Positions 50,658 to 60,332 of a DNA stretch of 64,000 bases are shown here, piece by piece (within the stretch, counting starts at the first letter, position 1; each line of letters opens with the position of its first letter). The notes beneath the pieces are model-generated. The model was not told where the DNA came from. It saw only the letters and a program-made list of their open reading frames with translations, and did no database searches. The position numbers and the translations under genes are program-made. This stretch comes from Smithella sp. (GTDB lineage Bacteria; Desulfobacterota; Syntrophia; Syntrophales; Smithellaceae): NCBI GenBank assembly GCA_035524255.1, contig DATKPG010000017.1:4886-68885 (forward strand), in the 5' to 3' direction.

Positions 50658-51835
50658 AAATTATTTATCTGGATAACAATGCGACAACTCAGGTGGCCGA
50701 AGAAGTGCTGGAAGTCATGACGCCTTATTTCCGCGAGCTATACGGCAATCCCTCCAGCATGCATACATTCGGCGGGCAGGTCGGCCAGAAAATTCGAATC
50801 GCTCGCGAGCAGGTGGCACAGCTTCTGGGCGCCTCACCGGAAGAAATTATTTTTACCAGTTGCGGAACGGAAAGCGACAACTCCGCGATTCGCTCCGCCC
50901 TGTTAACGAGGCCGGATAAAAAGCATATCGTCATCAGCCGTGTGGAACATCCGGCAATCCATGCTCTTTGTTCGCATTTAGGTTCGCAGGGTTATAAAAT
51001 TACAGAACTCCCCGTGGATAAAAATGGCATTCTTGATCTGGAAAATCTGGAAAAAAGTCTGACGTCTGATACCGCTATTGTCAGCCTGATGTGGGGTAAT
51101 AACGAAACCGGCGTGATTTTTCCGGTCGAAGAAGCGGCCAGGCTGGCGCATGAAAAAGGCATTCTGTTCCATACCGACGCGGTGCAGGCGGCGGGAAAAA
51201 TTCCCATAAACATGAAAAATAACGTCATTGACATGCTCTCTATATCCGGCCACAAACTCCATGCCCCTAAAGGCATAGGTATTCTTTATATCCGGCGCGG
51301 CACCAAGTTCTCGCCTTTCCTGATAGGCGGTCATCAGGAAAAAGGGCGGCGCGGAGGAACGGAAAATACGCCAAGCATTATCGGATTGGGCAGGGCCTGC
51401 GAGCTTGCGGCTTCCAATATAGAGAAGGAAAATACGTATGTCCGACGGCTGCGGGACAAACTGGAGCGCGAACTTATAAAAAAGATTCCGCAGAGCCGCG
51501 TCAATGGCGATATCGTGAATCGTTTACCCAACACAACCAATATCAGTTTTGAATTTGTGGAAGGTGAAGCCATACTGCTTCTGATGAATGAACTGGGCAT
51601 TTGCGCTTCATCGGGTTCCGCCTGCACATCCGGGTCATTGCAGCCTTCGCACGTTCTGCGCGCTATGGGCGTTCCGTTTACGATGGCGCACGGCTCGATT
51701 CGTTTTAGCCTGAGTGTTTATAATACTGAAGAGGAAGTGGATTTTATCATTGATAAAATGCCGGCAATCATTGAGCGGCTTCGGGGAATGTCGCCTTTTT
51801 GGAATAAAGCCGCTCAGAGCTGCACAAATCAATAG
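50654..51835 (+). CDS. nifS: Cysteine desulfurase NifS
   Basis: Its start overlaps nifU by 4 nt. It has LDNNATT and SGHKLHAPKG (PLP Lys), and the active-site loop SSGSACTSGSLQPSHVL. Confidence 0.9.
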   Translation: MKIIYLDNNATTQVAEEVLEVMTPYFRELYGNPSSMHTFGGQVGQKIRIAREQVAQLLGASPEEIIFTSCGTESDNSAIRSALLTRPDKKHIVISRVEHPAIHALCSHLGSQGYKITELPVDKNGILDLENLEKSLTSDTAIVSLMWGNNETGVIFPVEEAARLAHEKGILFHTDAVQAAGKIPINMKNNVIDMLSISGHKLHAPKGIGILYIRRGTKFSPFLIGGHQEKGRRGGTENTPSIIGLGRACELAASNIEKENTYVRRLRDKLERELIKKIPQSRVNGDIVNRLPNTTNISFEFVEGEAILLLMNELGICASSGSACTSGSLQPSHVLRAMGVPFTMAHGSIRFSLSVYNTEEEVDFIIDKMPAIIERLRGMSPFWNKAAQSCTNQ

Positions 51836-51848
51836 GAGTTACTTAATC

Positions 51849-52835
51849 ATGAATCGTTTAAAGAGCGGCGAAAAATGTAAAAATGACATAAAATCGGAAA
51901 AACATTTGCGTAAGGAAATACCGGCAATTGTGAATAAACTTGTCGCTTCGTGCAGCAGGGGCGGATGTTTTGATCATGTAAGCGCCGAACCGATTCCGCA
52001 TCGGGAAGCGATTATCGACATTTTGCGCCATCTGGCGCTGATTCTTTATCCCGGATATTTCATCCGCACGCGCCTGGATTCAACCAATTTGGAATATTAT
52101 CTCGGTCAGGAGGTGGCGGCTCTGTACGAAATACTTTCCGAGCAGATTATTCTGGCCATTCGTCACGACTGCATTCGTCAGAACAAGCCCTGTGTGCATT
52201 GTGAACCGCTGGGACACAGGCTTACCGTCGAATTCCTCAAGGAACTGCCCGAATTACGCACGATACTGGCTAAAGATATACGCGCCGCCTATGATGGAGA
52301 TCCGGCGGCAAAAGGTTATGATGAAATCATTTTTAGTTATCCCGGCATATGGGCTATCATGGTAAATCGCATCGCGCATAAGTTGTATGTTCAGGGCATT
52401 CCCCTGATGCCTCGAATCATGACGGAGTATGCCCACGGCCGCACCGGAATTGATATTCATCCGGGCGCGCATATCGGCGAGAGCTTTTTTATTGACCACG
52501 GTACAGGCGTGGTTATTGGAGAATCATGCACGATCGGTAATCGTGTGCGCATTTATCAGGGCGTCACGCTGGGCGCTCTTTCGTTATCCAAAGCGGATTG
52601 CAAGCGTTTGAGATCGAAAAAACGACATCCTTCGATTGAAGATGACGTCATTATTTATGCCAATGCCACAATTCTTGGCGGCGACACAGTGGTTGGGGCG
52701 CGTTCTGTGATTGGCGGCAACGTCTGGCTCACACATTCCGTGCCGCCCGATACGGAAGTATTTATTAAAAAGCAGGATTTAATTTTTGGCGAAAAGCAGT
52801 ACAAGAAACAGGCGGCAAAACAAAAGTTGTTATAA
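51849..52835 (+). CDS. cysE: Serine O-acetyltransferase (long form)
   Basis: It has hexapeptide repeats (GAHIGESFFIDHGTGVVIGESCTIGNRVRIYQGVTLG). The start is at MNRLKSG (51849), 13 nt after the nifS stop. The track ORF extends into nifS from 51714. Confidence 0.85.
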   Translation: MNRLKSGEKCKNDIKSEKHLRKEIPAIVNKLVASCSRGGCFDHVSAEPIPHREAIIDILRHLALILYPGYFIRTRLDSTNLEYYLGQEVAALYEILSEQIILAIRHDCIRQNKPCVHCEPLGHRLTVEFLKELPELRTILAKDIRAAYDGDPAAKGYDEIIFSYPGIWAIMVNRIAHKLYVQGIPLMPRIMTEYAHGRTGIDIHPGAHIGESFFIDHGTGVVIGESCTIGNRVRIYQGVTLGALSLSKADCKRLRSKKRHPSIEDDVIIYANATILGGDTVVGARSVIGGNVWLTHSVPPDTEVFIKKQDLIFGEKQYKKQAAKQKLL

Positions 52836-52861
52836 AAAGCAACAATATATAACATTGTTTT

Positions 52862-53716
52862 CTATGTGTGATTGATTATCCTATCTATCTCATCGCCGTA
52901 TAATTTTAGTTTTCTCTGCGATAAATATTTTTCAGGATTTTCAGTGTCCTGCGCGAGTTCCAGCAGGTTTTTATCCGCCAAAAACATGAATACAGCGCGA
53001 TTTTCGTCCTTGGCCCGATGAAAACGCCAAATATATAGCTTTTTAAATAACTCTTTTTGCTCTTGATTCAAACCATGGTAGCCTTTTATTCTTGTGTATC
53101 CGTGCCGGTCGAGTCTTTTTTCGCGCCAATGTGTGTCGGCAATTTTGACAAAAGCTTCCGCGGCGGCATCCTTTAAATCTTTTACGCCCAACGCCAAAGA
53201 TTGTTTTTCATAAAGCGCCGGAAGATATATAACATCCTGAACCGCGTACTCCAATTGCTCCTCAGTCAGGGGGCGGTTATCCCAGCGCGAACGTTGTATT
53301 TTTTTATTTTTTTTCAACTCCACGCCCACGAATTCCTTTATCATTCTCTCCAGCGATAGCTGCTGAAATCCCAGAAGAAGGGCCGCCCGATGAGTATCAA
53401 AAATATTTTTAAAACTAAATTTATAATCTCTCTTGAGGAGGCGGATATCGTTATCCGCGGCGTGAAGAATCTTGACAATGCGCTGATTATCAAAATATTT
53501 TCCTAAAAAAGATAAGTTCAGATTTTCAAAAGGGTCGAAAATATAGGTTGTACTGTTGGCATGGATTTGAATCAGGCAAAGGATTTCCCTGAAATAACGG
53601 AATGAATCATATTCCGTATCTATGCTTAACACTTTCGCCCTGTCAAAATCATAGACAGCGCGCTGCAATTTTTTTTGCGAATCTACAAAAAGCCATTTTG
53701 CATCCATGCCGAGCAA
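52862..53716 (-). CDS. rnd: 3'-5' exonuclease, RNase D-like (DEDDy)
   Basis: Exo motifs are LSIDTEYDS, LHAADNDIRLL and YAVQDVIYL. At 284 aa it is shorter than E. coli RNase D. Confidence 0.65.
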   Translation of the reverse strand: MLGMDAKWLFVDSQKKLQRAVYDFDRAKVLSIDTEYDSFRYFREILCLIQIHANSTTYIFDPFENLNLSFLGKYFDNQRIVKILHAADNDIRLLKRDYKFSFKNIFDTHRAALLLGFQQLSLERMIKEFVGVELKKNKKIQRSRWDNRPLTEEQLEYAVQDVIYLPALYEKQSLALGVKDLKDAAAEAFVKIADTHWREKRLDRHGYTRIKGYHGLNQEQKELFKKLYIWRFHRAKDENRAVFMFLADKNLLELAQDTENPEKYLSQRKLKLYGDEIDRIINHT

Positions 53717-53717
53717 T

Positions 53718-54518
53718 CTAACCGAAATGCGAATTTAAAGCTACAAAAATGACAATCAAAATACCAAAAAAAATAAGAACAAGATAATCAGGAAGTGTGA
53801 TTTTTAATTCCACCCAGGATGTGCGCTCGCCTCGCTGATAATTTCTGGCATCCATAGCCAGCGTCAATTCATCCGCGTGCCGGCTTGCACCAAGCAAAAT
53901 GTTTAAAATTAAAGATAAAAAAGCTTTAATCCGCGTGAAAAAACCCGAACGGCATAAATTATACGCCCTTGCTTTTTGAGCGATCTCTATTCTTTCTTTC
54001 TCCGCAAGCAATATCGGCATAAGCCTCAGGGCCAGCATGATCATTACGGCAATATCATCAACCGGAAGGCGTAACCATGTAAGCGGCCGGAGAAAATATT
54101 TCAATGCCGCGATCATTTGAGACGGCGTTGTGGTCATCGTCAGTAAAACCGCGGCTACAATGAGACACAAAAATCGCCAGACCACAAAAAATCCCTCTCG
54201 CAATCCCGCGCAGGGAAGAGAAAGGCCGAAGAAAGAATTCTTATTCCAGGCTTCTCCTTCATTAAATAAAATGTGAACTAAAAATATCAGTATTATAAAA
54301 AACAGAAGCGGCTTCAGGGCCTCTGTGATTGTCCGCAAACTTAAACCGCTTGCCGCCGCCGCGCAAAATAAGACTATGCCAGTAATAAATGCTACCGGCG
54401 GTTTTACCCAAAGAATAAAAATACTTAAGCAGGCCGTGAGGGCAAGCTTTAAGCGCGGGTCAAGATGATGGAGAAGAGACTGGCCTTTTATAAAAGAGCC
54501 CGTATAATACATAATCAA
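53718..54518 (-). CDS. Energy-coupling factor transporter transmembrane component (EcfT/BioN/CbiQ family)
   Basis: It is polytopic, with the conserved AMDARNY motif (a variant of the ARG coupling helices) and DPRLKL at the N-terminus. It overlaps the ATPase gene. Confidence 0.8.
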   Translation of the reverse strand: MIMYYTGSFIKGQSLLHHLDPRLKLALTACLSIFILWVKPPVAFITGIVLFCAAAASGLSLRTITEALKPLLFFIILIFLVHILFNEGEAWNKNSFFGLSLPCAGLREGFFVVWRFLCLIVAAVLLTMTTTPSQMIAALKYFLRPLTWLRLPVDDIAVMIMLALRLMPILLAEKERIEIAQKARAYNLCRSGFFTRIKAFLSLILNILLGASRHADELTLAMDARNYQRGERTSWVELKITLPDYLVLIFFGILIVIFVALNSHFG

Positions 54519-55348
54519 TCCTTCATTGGGCCTTTAAGGGAAATAATTTGCTCTACAGCATCCTCTATCCTGACGATATCGGTCCGCATGGGGAGGCCTG
54601 AAACTTTGAGCTTTATCATGAGTTCTGTAATCTGAGGCAGTTGCATTCCTATTTTCTGCAACATCTCAACCTTCCCGAAAATTTCCCGCGCAGTGCCGTC
54701 CATATAAACACGGCCTTCATTCATGACTATAATCCGTTGCGACAGAGCCGCTTCCGCCATGTTATGCGTAATATGAATTATTCCCACACCCTCTTCATTT
54801 AACTTGTCGATGATATTTAAAATGCGTTTGGCAGCCGCAGGATCAAGAAAAGCGGTCGGTTCATCAAGGGCGATATAGCGCGGCCGCATGGCCAAAACAC
54901 CTGCAATCGCCACCAGCCTTTTTTCGCCGCCGGAGAGGCTTTCGATATTGCGTCCGGATAACCCTGATATGCCGGCTCTTGACAGAGATTCAGCGACCCG
55001 ATTTCTTATTTCCACCGTCGGCAGGCGTAAATTTTCCGGACCAAAGGCTGTGTCTTCTTCCACCGTCATACCGACTATCTGACTATCAGGATTTTGAAAA
55101 ACCATCCCCACAAGAGACCTGATATCGGCTTGATGTTTTGGATCGCTGGTATTCCAGCCGCCAACCATAATTTTGCCGCCGGAAGGTAATAGCAAAGCGT
55201 TTAAATGCCGGATAAGTGTTGTTTTTCCGCAACCGTTCGGACCAATTATCGCGAGGTGTTCTCCTTCTTTTATTTGCAGAGAAACACCGCGCAAGGCATC
55301 AATTCCTTCCGGTTCATATTTATAATAAACGTTTTCTAGGATAATCAC
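54515..55348 (-). CDS. Energy-coupling factor transporter ATPase (EcfA/BioM/CbiO family)
   Basis: Walker A is GPNGCGKTT, the signature is LSGGEKRLVAIA and Walker B is YIALDEPTAFLD. Confidence 0.85.
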   Translation of the reverse strand: MIILENVYYKYEPEGIDALRGVSLQIKEGEHLAIIGPNGCGKTTLIRHLNALLLPSGGKIMVGGWNTSDPKHQADIRSLVGMVFQNPDSQIVGMTVEEDTAFGPENLRLPTVEIRNRVAESLSRAGISGLSGRNIESLSGGEKRLVAIAGVLAMRPRYIALDEPTAFLDPAAAKRILNIIDKLNEEGVGIIHITHNMAEAALSQRIIVMNEGRVYMDGTAREIFGKVEMLQKIGMQLPQITELMIKLKVSGLPMRTDIVRIEDAVEQIISLKGPMKD

Positions 55349-55358
55349 TCAATAAGCC

Positions 55359-55907
55359 TTAAATTTTTAAGCGTCCCTTAAGCCGGAAGCCGATAATGGC
55401 GGCAAGCAGAATTTTTATGATATCACCCGGAATAAACGGCAGCACACCGACGACAAGCGCTTTGCGGAAGCTCATCTTCGCCACAAAAGAAAGCTGAAGA
55501 CTTCCCAAAAAATAGATGATCAGCCCTCCAATGACCATGGAAAAGATATGCCAGAAAATGCCCGCGCTTTTTTTCATTTTATTGACGGTCCCGATTACAA
55601 AAGCCGCAATGATAAAGCCCAGCAGATAACCTCCTGTTGGACCGAAGATAACACCCAGCCCAGCCCTGCCTCCGGCAAAAACCGGTATTCCCACGACTCC
55701 CAGCATTACATAAATGAATTGGCTTATCGCCCCCAGAGGGCCTCCCAGAAGAATCGCGGCAACATTCATAAAAAAAGTTTGCGCGGTAATCGGCACAAGC
55801 GGCATAGGAATAACAATAAAAGCCCCTGCAGCGGTAAGAGCTCCAAATACAGACGCGTAAACCAGACCTTTTGTTGATGTTTTTTCAGCTGCCATAGAAA
55901 TTTTCAT
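55359..55907 (-). CDS. bioY: Biotin transporter S-component BioY
   Basis: 182 aa with 6 TM helices. Motifs are VPITAQTF and FAGG..G...GPTGGYL. Confidence 0.85.
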   Translation of the reverse strand: MKISMAAEKTSTKGLVYASVFGALTAAGAFIVIPMPLVPITAQTFFMNVAAILLGGPLGAISQFIYVMLGVVGIPVFAGGRAGLGVIFGPTGGYLLGFIIAAFVIGTVNKMKKSAGIFWHIFSMVIGGLIIYFLGSLQLSFVAKMSFRKALVVGVLPFIPGDIIKILLAAIIGFRLKGRLKI

Positions 55908-56067
55908 TCTCCGTCAATCTTCTATAAAATACAGCAAATATAAATGCTTTGATAATCAATCCGTTTGCCGGAGGTCAATTTTCAAACCGCAACTTAACCG
56001 AAACGTATTTATAAATCTATCAAAAATAACCATGATAGATGAAGAAAAAAATTATCAGAATGGTAGA

Positions 56068-56094
56068 GCGGCAGGCGTTCAAAGCTCCTGCCGC
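56068..56094 (-). terminator. Hairpin downstream of the TonB-dependent receptor gene
   Basis: An 8-bp perfect stem GCGGCAGG/CCTGCCGC with an 11-nt loop. There is no immediate T-run, so it is a weak call. Confidence 0.35.
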
Positions 56095-56112
56095 CTAAGT
56101 AACGTAACAACA

Positions 56113-58245
56113 TTAAAACTCGAAGGAAATACCGCCTTTATATGTTACCCCCGGCATTGGATAATAGGTACTTGGAGCGCCGACTCCGTATGACGGAACA
56201 TTATACGAACCGAATGAAGCATATTTTACATTTCCAAGATTTTCCGCACCCAGGAAGGCCGTCATGTGGATTTTCCAGAAAGACGGCTTATAGGAAAGAT
56301 ACATGTTGATCAGGGTGTAGCTGCTTAATTTATCACCGACGTTCTCATAATCCTGAGAAAGGAAACAATCCCCAACATAATGAATTTCAGGTCGAAACAT
56401 TAGATTATAAGGAAGATATATCTCCATACCCATTGTTGCCATCCGGTTGGGTACAAGCCATAATTCTTTCTTGTTGTTAGCGCCATTCTCATAGGTGGCT
56501 TCCTGATAAGTAAAATTACCATAGAATCGCGCATATTTTTCCCACAGATATGAAGCAGAAATTTCTGCACCATTATGGCGTGTGCTTTCGATATTCTGAT
56601 TTTCGCCGGTGGCAGGAGACGTATTAACCCACATAATTTCATCTGCCATATCCATTCTAAAAAGGGTCAGTCCTATTTTTAGATTTTCCAGAGGATAAAA
56701 CTCGGTCCCCGTTTCCATACTGATTCCTCTTTCTTGTTTCAAACTGGTGTTAAATAAGGTTCCTTCATTGAAGCCATTAAAACAGGCTATTTCATCGAGA
56801 AAAGGAATGCGGTAAACAGTCGCATACTTTGCAAACACTTTCGATTTCTTTCCCCAGAGCCAGGTCAATCCCGCTTCATAAGCATCGGCGTCATAAACAT
56901 TTTTCGTATTGCTAAAACTATTGCCGGGATTGAAAAAATCATTATTTGAACCGCTGATGTATGTCCGTTCGGATCGGTAACCACCGCTTAGAATCAGGTT
57001 CTTCAATATGCTGAATTCATCGCGGATATAGTATCCCAGAGACTCCCGAATAAAATTTGCCGTGCTTAATTTTATCGTTCTCTCCCTGTCATTATAAAAA
57101 TCTTTTTCGTAGGGTTCGTTATAATAATCCACTCCGACAACAACTTTATTATCGAAACCGAATATGTTTTTGGCCAGAACATATTTGGGTGTAATGCCGT
57201 ATGTATCGGCCATTGTGTCGGAATATAAAAACCATGAATCCATATTAACTTGCATATCTTTTTTACCATAGAGAAAATTGACTTCCATTTGTCCCCAGGA
57301 TCCAAAGAATGATTTAACGCCCAAATTGACATTGGCATATTTATTCGAACCGTCATCATTGGGAGTTGAGGTGCCAAACAATTCCGGTGGATAATTTTGA
57401 TATTGTTGCGGATTTTGCGACATCTGTGCCTGCGTCAGAGCGCCGGGCATTTGATAATCGTCTTTATTAAAAGATATATCCAATGAAACATTCAACAAAT
57501 CGCTGGCGGAATATCCCAGATCTAAGCCGCCGCCCTGTGCTGAATATTTTGAACGCTCCCTATAACCGAAACTAAAATTATTTTCTCCGTTTACGGCATA
57601 TGTCCATTTACCTGTGGCGCCTGTTACGCCAATCCGTTCATCGTTGAGTCCATAGCTCCCCGCAAGCATAGACGCGTTAAATTTCGGTTCCCCCTGTCCT
57701 TTCTTCGTAATAATGTTAATTACGCCGCTAATCGCCGCGTCACCGTAAAGAACACTACTGGGTCCCCGAACGATCTCGATTTTTTCTATTGTATTGAGGG
57801 GTATTTCCATCCAGTCTATTGAGGCCATATCTGTACGATTTAAACGGCGGCCATCCAACATAACCAATGTTTTTCCGTAAGGATTATCGCCCCCGATACC
57901 ACGCACATCGACATACGCCTGAGAAGCATTACCGCTTAAACTTCTGAACTGGACGCTTTCAATATTTTCCAGAACTTCTGGTAGCGTTGTCGCCCCGGAT
58001 TCTTTAATTTCTTCGGCGGTAATGACAGAAACATTGGCCGGAGTCTTGCGGACTTCCTGCGCGTCGCGTGTTGCGGTAACGACAACTTCTCCCATGGTCA
58101 CAACGGCATCGGGCGCATAATCATTTTTACCCTCGGTATCAGATGCGACAGATGCGTCAGGGGCATTATAATTTTTGCTCTGGGCTTGTAATTGTGAAAA
58201 ACTGACTACGGAAAACAACAGAACTAAAAATAAGACTTTCTTCAT
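56113..58245 (-). CDS. btuB: TonB-dependent outer-membrane receptor, probably cobalamin/corrinoid (BtuB-like)
   Basis: It has a signal peptide, a TonB box (GEVVVTATR), a plug domain and a C-terminal ...KGGISFEF ending in aromatic Phe. A cobalamin riboswitch lies in its 5' leader. Confidence 0.8.
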   Translation of the reverse strand: MKKVLFLVLLFSVVSFSQLQAQSKNYNAPDASVASDTEGKNDYAPDAVVTMGEVVVTATRDAQEVRKTPANVSVITAEEIKESGATTLPEVLENIESVQFRSLSGNASQAYVDVRGIGGDNPYGKTLVMLDGRRLNRTDMASIDWMEIPLNTIEKIEIVRGPSSVLYGDAAISGVINIITKKGQGEPKFNASMLAGSYGLNDERIGVTGATGKWTYAVNGENNFSFGYRERSKYSAQGGGLDLGYSASDLLNVSLDISFNKDDYQMPGALTQAQMSQNPQQYQNYPPELFGTSTPNDDGSNKYANVNLGVKSFFGSWGQMEVNFLYGKKDMQVNMDSWFLYSDTMADTYGITPKYVLAKNIFGFDNKVVVGVDYYNEPYEKDFYNDRERTIKLSTANFIRESLGYYIRDEFSILKNLILSGGYRSERTYISGSNNDFFNPGNSFSNTKNVYDADAYEAGLTWLWGKKSKVFAKYATVYRIPFLDEIACFNGFNEGTLFNTSLKQERGISMETGTEFYPLENLKIGLTLFRMDMADEIMWVNTSPATGENQNIESTRHNGAEISASYLWEKYARFYGNFTYQEATYENGANNKKELWLVPNRMATMGMEIYLPYNLMFRPEIHYVGDCFLSQDYENVGDKLSSYTLINMYLSYKPSFWKIHMTAFLGAENLGNVKYASFGSYNVPSYGVGAPSTYYPMPGVTYKGGISFEF

Positions 58246-58261
58246 GGAGCTTCTCCTTTCC

Positions 58262-58430
58262 CCCTCGGGAATAAGTAAGTTGGACTACCATAAAGTTTCC
58301 TGACTTGCGGCTCCCTAATCTCCACTCCTTCCCAACGCCAAAATGCATCAGTGGATTAACGTGGATTTCGTTCCGCTTACAGTTGCGGGGCAGCGCCGGA
58401 TTTTAACCGGCTTCCTTTTTTGGTAATCAT
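58262..58430 (-). promoter_or_regulatory. Cobalamin (B12) riboswitch
   Basis: The minus strand reads ATTACCAAAAAAGGAAGCCGGTTAAAATCCGGCGCTGCCCCGCAACTGTAAGCGG...CCACTG...TTGGGAAGGAGTGG...GCCGCAAGTCAGGAAAC...TGGTAGT. This contains the B12-box core (GCTGCCCCGCAACTGTAA), GGGAAG/CCGGT..AATCCGG elements and a closing P1 (ATTACCA/TGGTAGT). The RBS lies in a possible GGAG-aag-CTCC hairpin. Confidence 0.85.
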
Positions 58431-58437
58431 TGCTGAT

Positions 58438-59214
58438 TCAGGTCAGTAACGTCACGCGGGGCAACCCGTCATGCGGATTTGAATCAATCCCGACTTCGAC
58501 ATCATAAACCTCTTTTATGTTCGCCGCGGTAATAACTTCCGCGGGCATTCCTATAGCATAAACTTTCCCGGAATCAAGTAAAATTATCCGGTTTGCGTTT
58601 TGCGCGGCCAGATTGATATCGTGAGTGACAAAAATTACGATTAGTTGTTGCGCTGTGTTTAACTGCTTAAGCAATGCTAAAAACTGAGCCTGATGTTTCA
58701 GATCCAAAAAAACGGTGCTTTCATCCAAAAGCAGTATTTTCGGCTCCTGAGCCAGAGCGCGGGCAATCAGGACTCGTTGGCGCTCTCCGGCGCTCAGCTC
58801 GTCAAAACGACGTGCGGCAAAGGCAAGCGAGTCTGTTTTTTCCATGGCTTCATGGACGATCCGATAATCTTTTTTATCCTCAAAACGGTACCTGCTAAAA
58901 TGCGGAAAGCGTCCCATCAGCACAATTTCCTCCGCGTAAAAAGGAAATACGACTGACGTCTCCTGAGGCACAATGGCTACTTTTCGCGCGATTTCCTTTC
59001 GTGACCACCGCCTTGTTTCCTTGCCGTCAATAAGCATTTGTCCGGCATCGGGGAAAAGCGTGCCGTTAATAATTTTTAAAAGAGTTGTTTTGCCGGAACC
59101 GTTGGGGCCGATAATTGCAACGATTTGCGATTCATCAATCGTAAATGAAACATCCTCCATCACGGGTTTCGCGGGATAACTGAAATTTATATTTTGGGCG
59201 TTGATGATGGACAT
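58438..59214 (-). CDS. ABC transporter ATP-binding protein (FepC/BtuD-type iron-chelate/corrinoid importer)
   Basis: Walker A is GPNGSGKTT, the signature is LSAGERQRVLIA and Walker B is ILLLDESTVFLD. The start is at MSIINAQ (59214), 2 nt after the permease stop; the track start is 59265. Confidence 0.85.
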   Translation of the reverse strand: MSIINAQNINFSYPAKPVMEDVSFTIDESQIVAIIGPNGSGKTTLLKIINGTLFPDAGQMLIDGKETRRWSRKEIARKVAIVPQETSVVFPFYAEEIVLMGRFPHFSRYRFEDKKDYRIVHEAMEKTDSLAFAARRFDELSAGERQRVLIARALAQEPKILLLDESTVFLDLKHQAQFLALLKQLNTAQQLIVIFVTHDINLAAQNANRIILLDSGKVYAIGMPAEVITAANIKEVYDVEVGIDSNPHDGLPRVTLLT

Positions 59215-59216
59215 GG

Positions 59217-60212
59217 TTAACGCGCATTCCTTTTCAACAGAAAGATGAAATACGGCGCGCCGCAAAGCGCCGTTATAACGCCGACAGGCAATTCAGCAGG
59301 GGCGAAAACAACTCTGGCTATGGTATCGGCAACAATCAAAAAAGACGCGCCAAACAGAGCCGACACGGGCAATAGCAAACGGTGATCGGAACCATAGACA
59401 AGCCGCATCAAATGCGGCACCATAATGCCCACAAAACCGATGATACCGGCTAAAGCTACCGCGACGGAAATAATAAGCGAGGTTACGACAAGCAGCCATT
59501 GCTTTGTTCTTTCTATATTTACACCCAAATGCATGGCAGTTTCTTCGCCCTGCACAATGATGTTCAGTTTCCGCGCCTGCGCGTAAAGCAGTATAAACCC
59601 AATCATCAGGCAGATGGCCGCAATGCATATTTCCTTAATAGACGCGCGGGAAAGATCGCCCATCAGCCAGAATGTGATGCTGCGCAGTTCCATACTATTG
59701 ACAATCGAGAGAAAAAAAAGGATGGCCGCGGAAAAAAAAGCATTCACGACAACGCCGGAAAGTAAAAGCGAATTATCCATAAGAGGCCCGCGCGTGCCGC
59801 CGGCAACAATAAATACTAAAAAAACTGTGGCCAGCGCTCCCACAAAAGCCAAAAGCGGCACTCCCAAATAAAGGGAACTCGCGCCGAGAAGGATTCCTAT
59901 AATCGCTCCGAGAGCAGAACCGCCCGATATGCCCAAAATATAGGGATCAGCCAGTGGATTGCGCAGGATCGCCTGAAAAACGACTCCGCCCAAAGAAAGG
60001 GACGCGCCCACAATTCCGGCGAAAATAATCCGCGGCAGGCGCACTGATAATATAATTAACTCGTCTTCGGAAGATAAAGACAACTGTCCCGTAAGAGCAT
60101 GGACCAGGGAGCCGAAAACATTTCCCGGAGCAATATAGACGCTTCCGGCTAAAAGAGAAGCGACACAAATCGCGAGAAAAATTAAAATCATCAGGGCGCT
60201 GGTTTGCAGCAC
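59217..60212 (-). CDS. FecCD-family ABC importer permease (BtuC-like)
   Basis: 331 aa and polytopic. Motifs such as LLAGSVYI, NPLADPYILGISGG and the C-terminal PVGVITALCGAPYFIFLL are typical of the BtuC/FecCD family. Confidence 0.85.
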   Translation of the reverse strand: MLQTSALMILIFLAICVASLLAGSVYIAPGNVFGSLVHALTGQLSLSSEDELIILSVRLPRIIFAGIVGASLSLGGVVFQAILRNPLADPYILGISGGSALGAIIGILLGASSLYLGVPLLAFVGALATVFLVFIVAGGTRGPLMDNSLLLSGVVVNAFFSAAILFFLSIVNSMELRSITFWLMGDLSRASIKEICIAAICLMIGFILLYAQARKLNIIVQGEETAMHLGVNIERTKQWLLVVTSLIISVAVALAGIIGFVGIMVPHLMRLVYGSDHRLLLPVSALFGASFLIVADTIARVVFAPAELPVGVITALCGAPYFIFLLKRNAR

Positions 60213-60332
60213 CCGCGTTAAAGTTACTCGGCGGTAAATGGGCGTTTTCCTCCTTAGTGTTTTATTGGCTTATATATTCTCTTTGATTTGTTTTCCACCA
60301 CTAAAAATTTTTAAGACTCTGAATGGGTGTGT

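Noticed and set aside
55908-56112. Possible BirA-type operator upstream of bioY
   Set aside because: Only a short inverted repeat (CTATCA-10 nt-TGATAG) is present on the minus strand. It does not resemble BirA operators I can recall and lies far upstream of the start, so the evidence is insufficient.
60213-60332. Second cobalamin riboswitch upstream of the BtuC-like permease
   Set aside because: No B12-box or GGGAAG/CCGGT core elements are present in these 120 nt.
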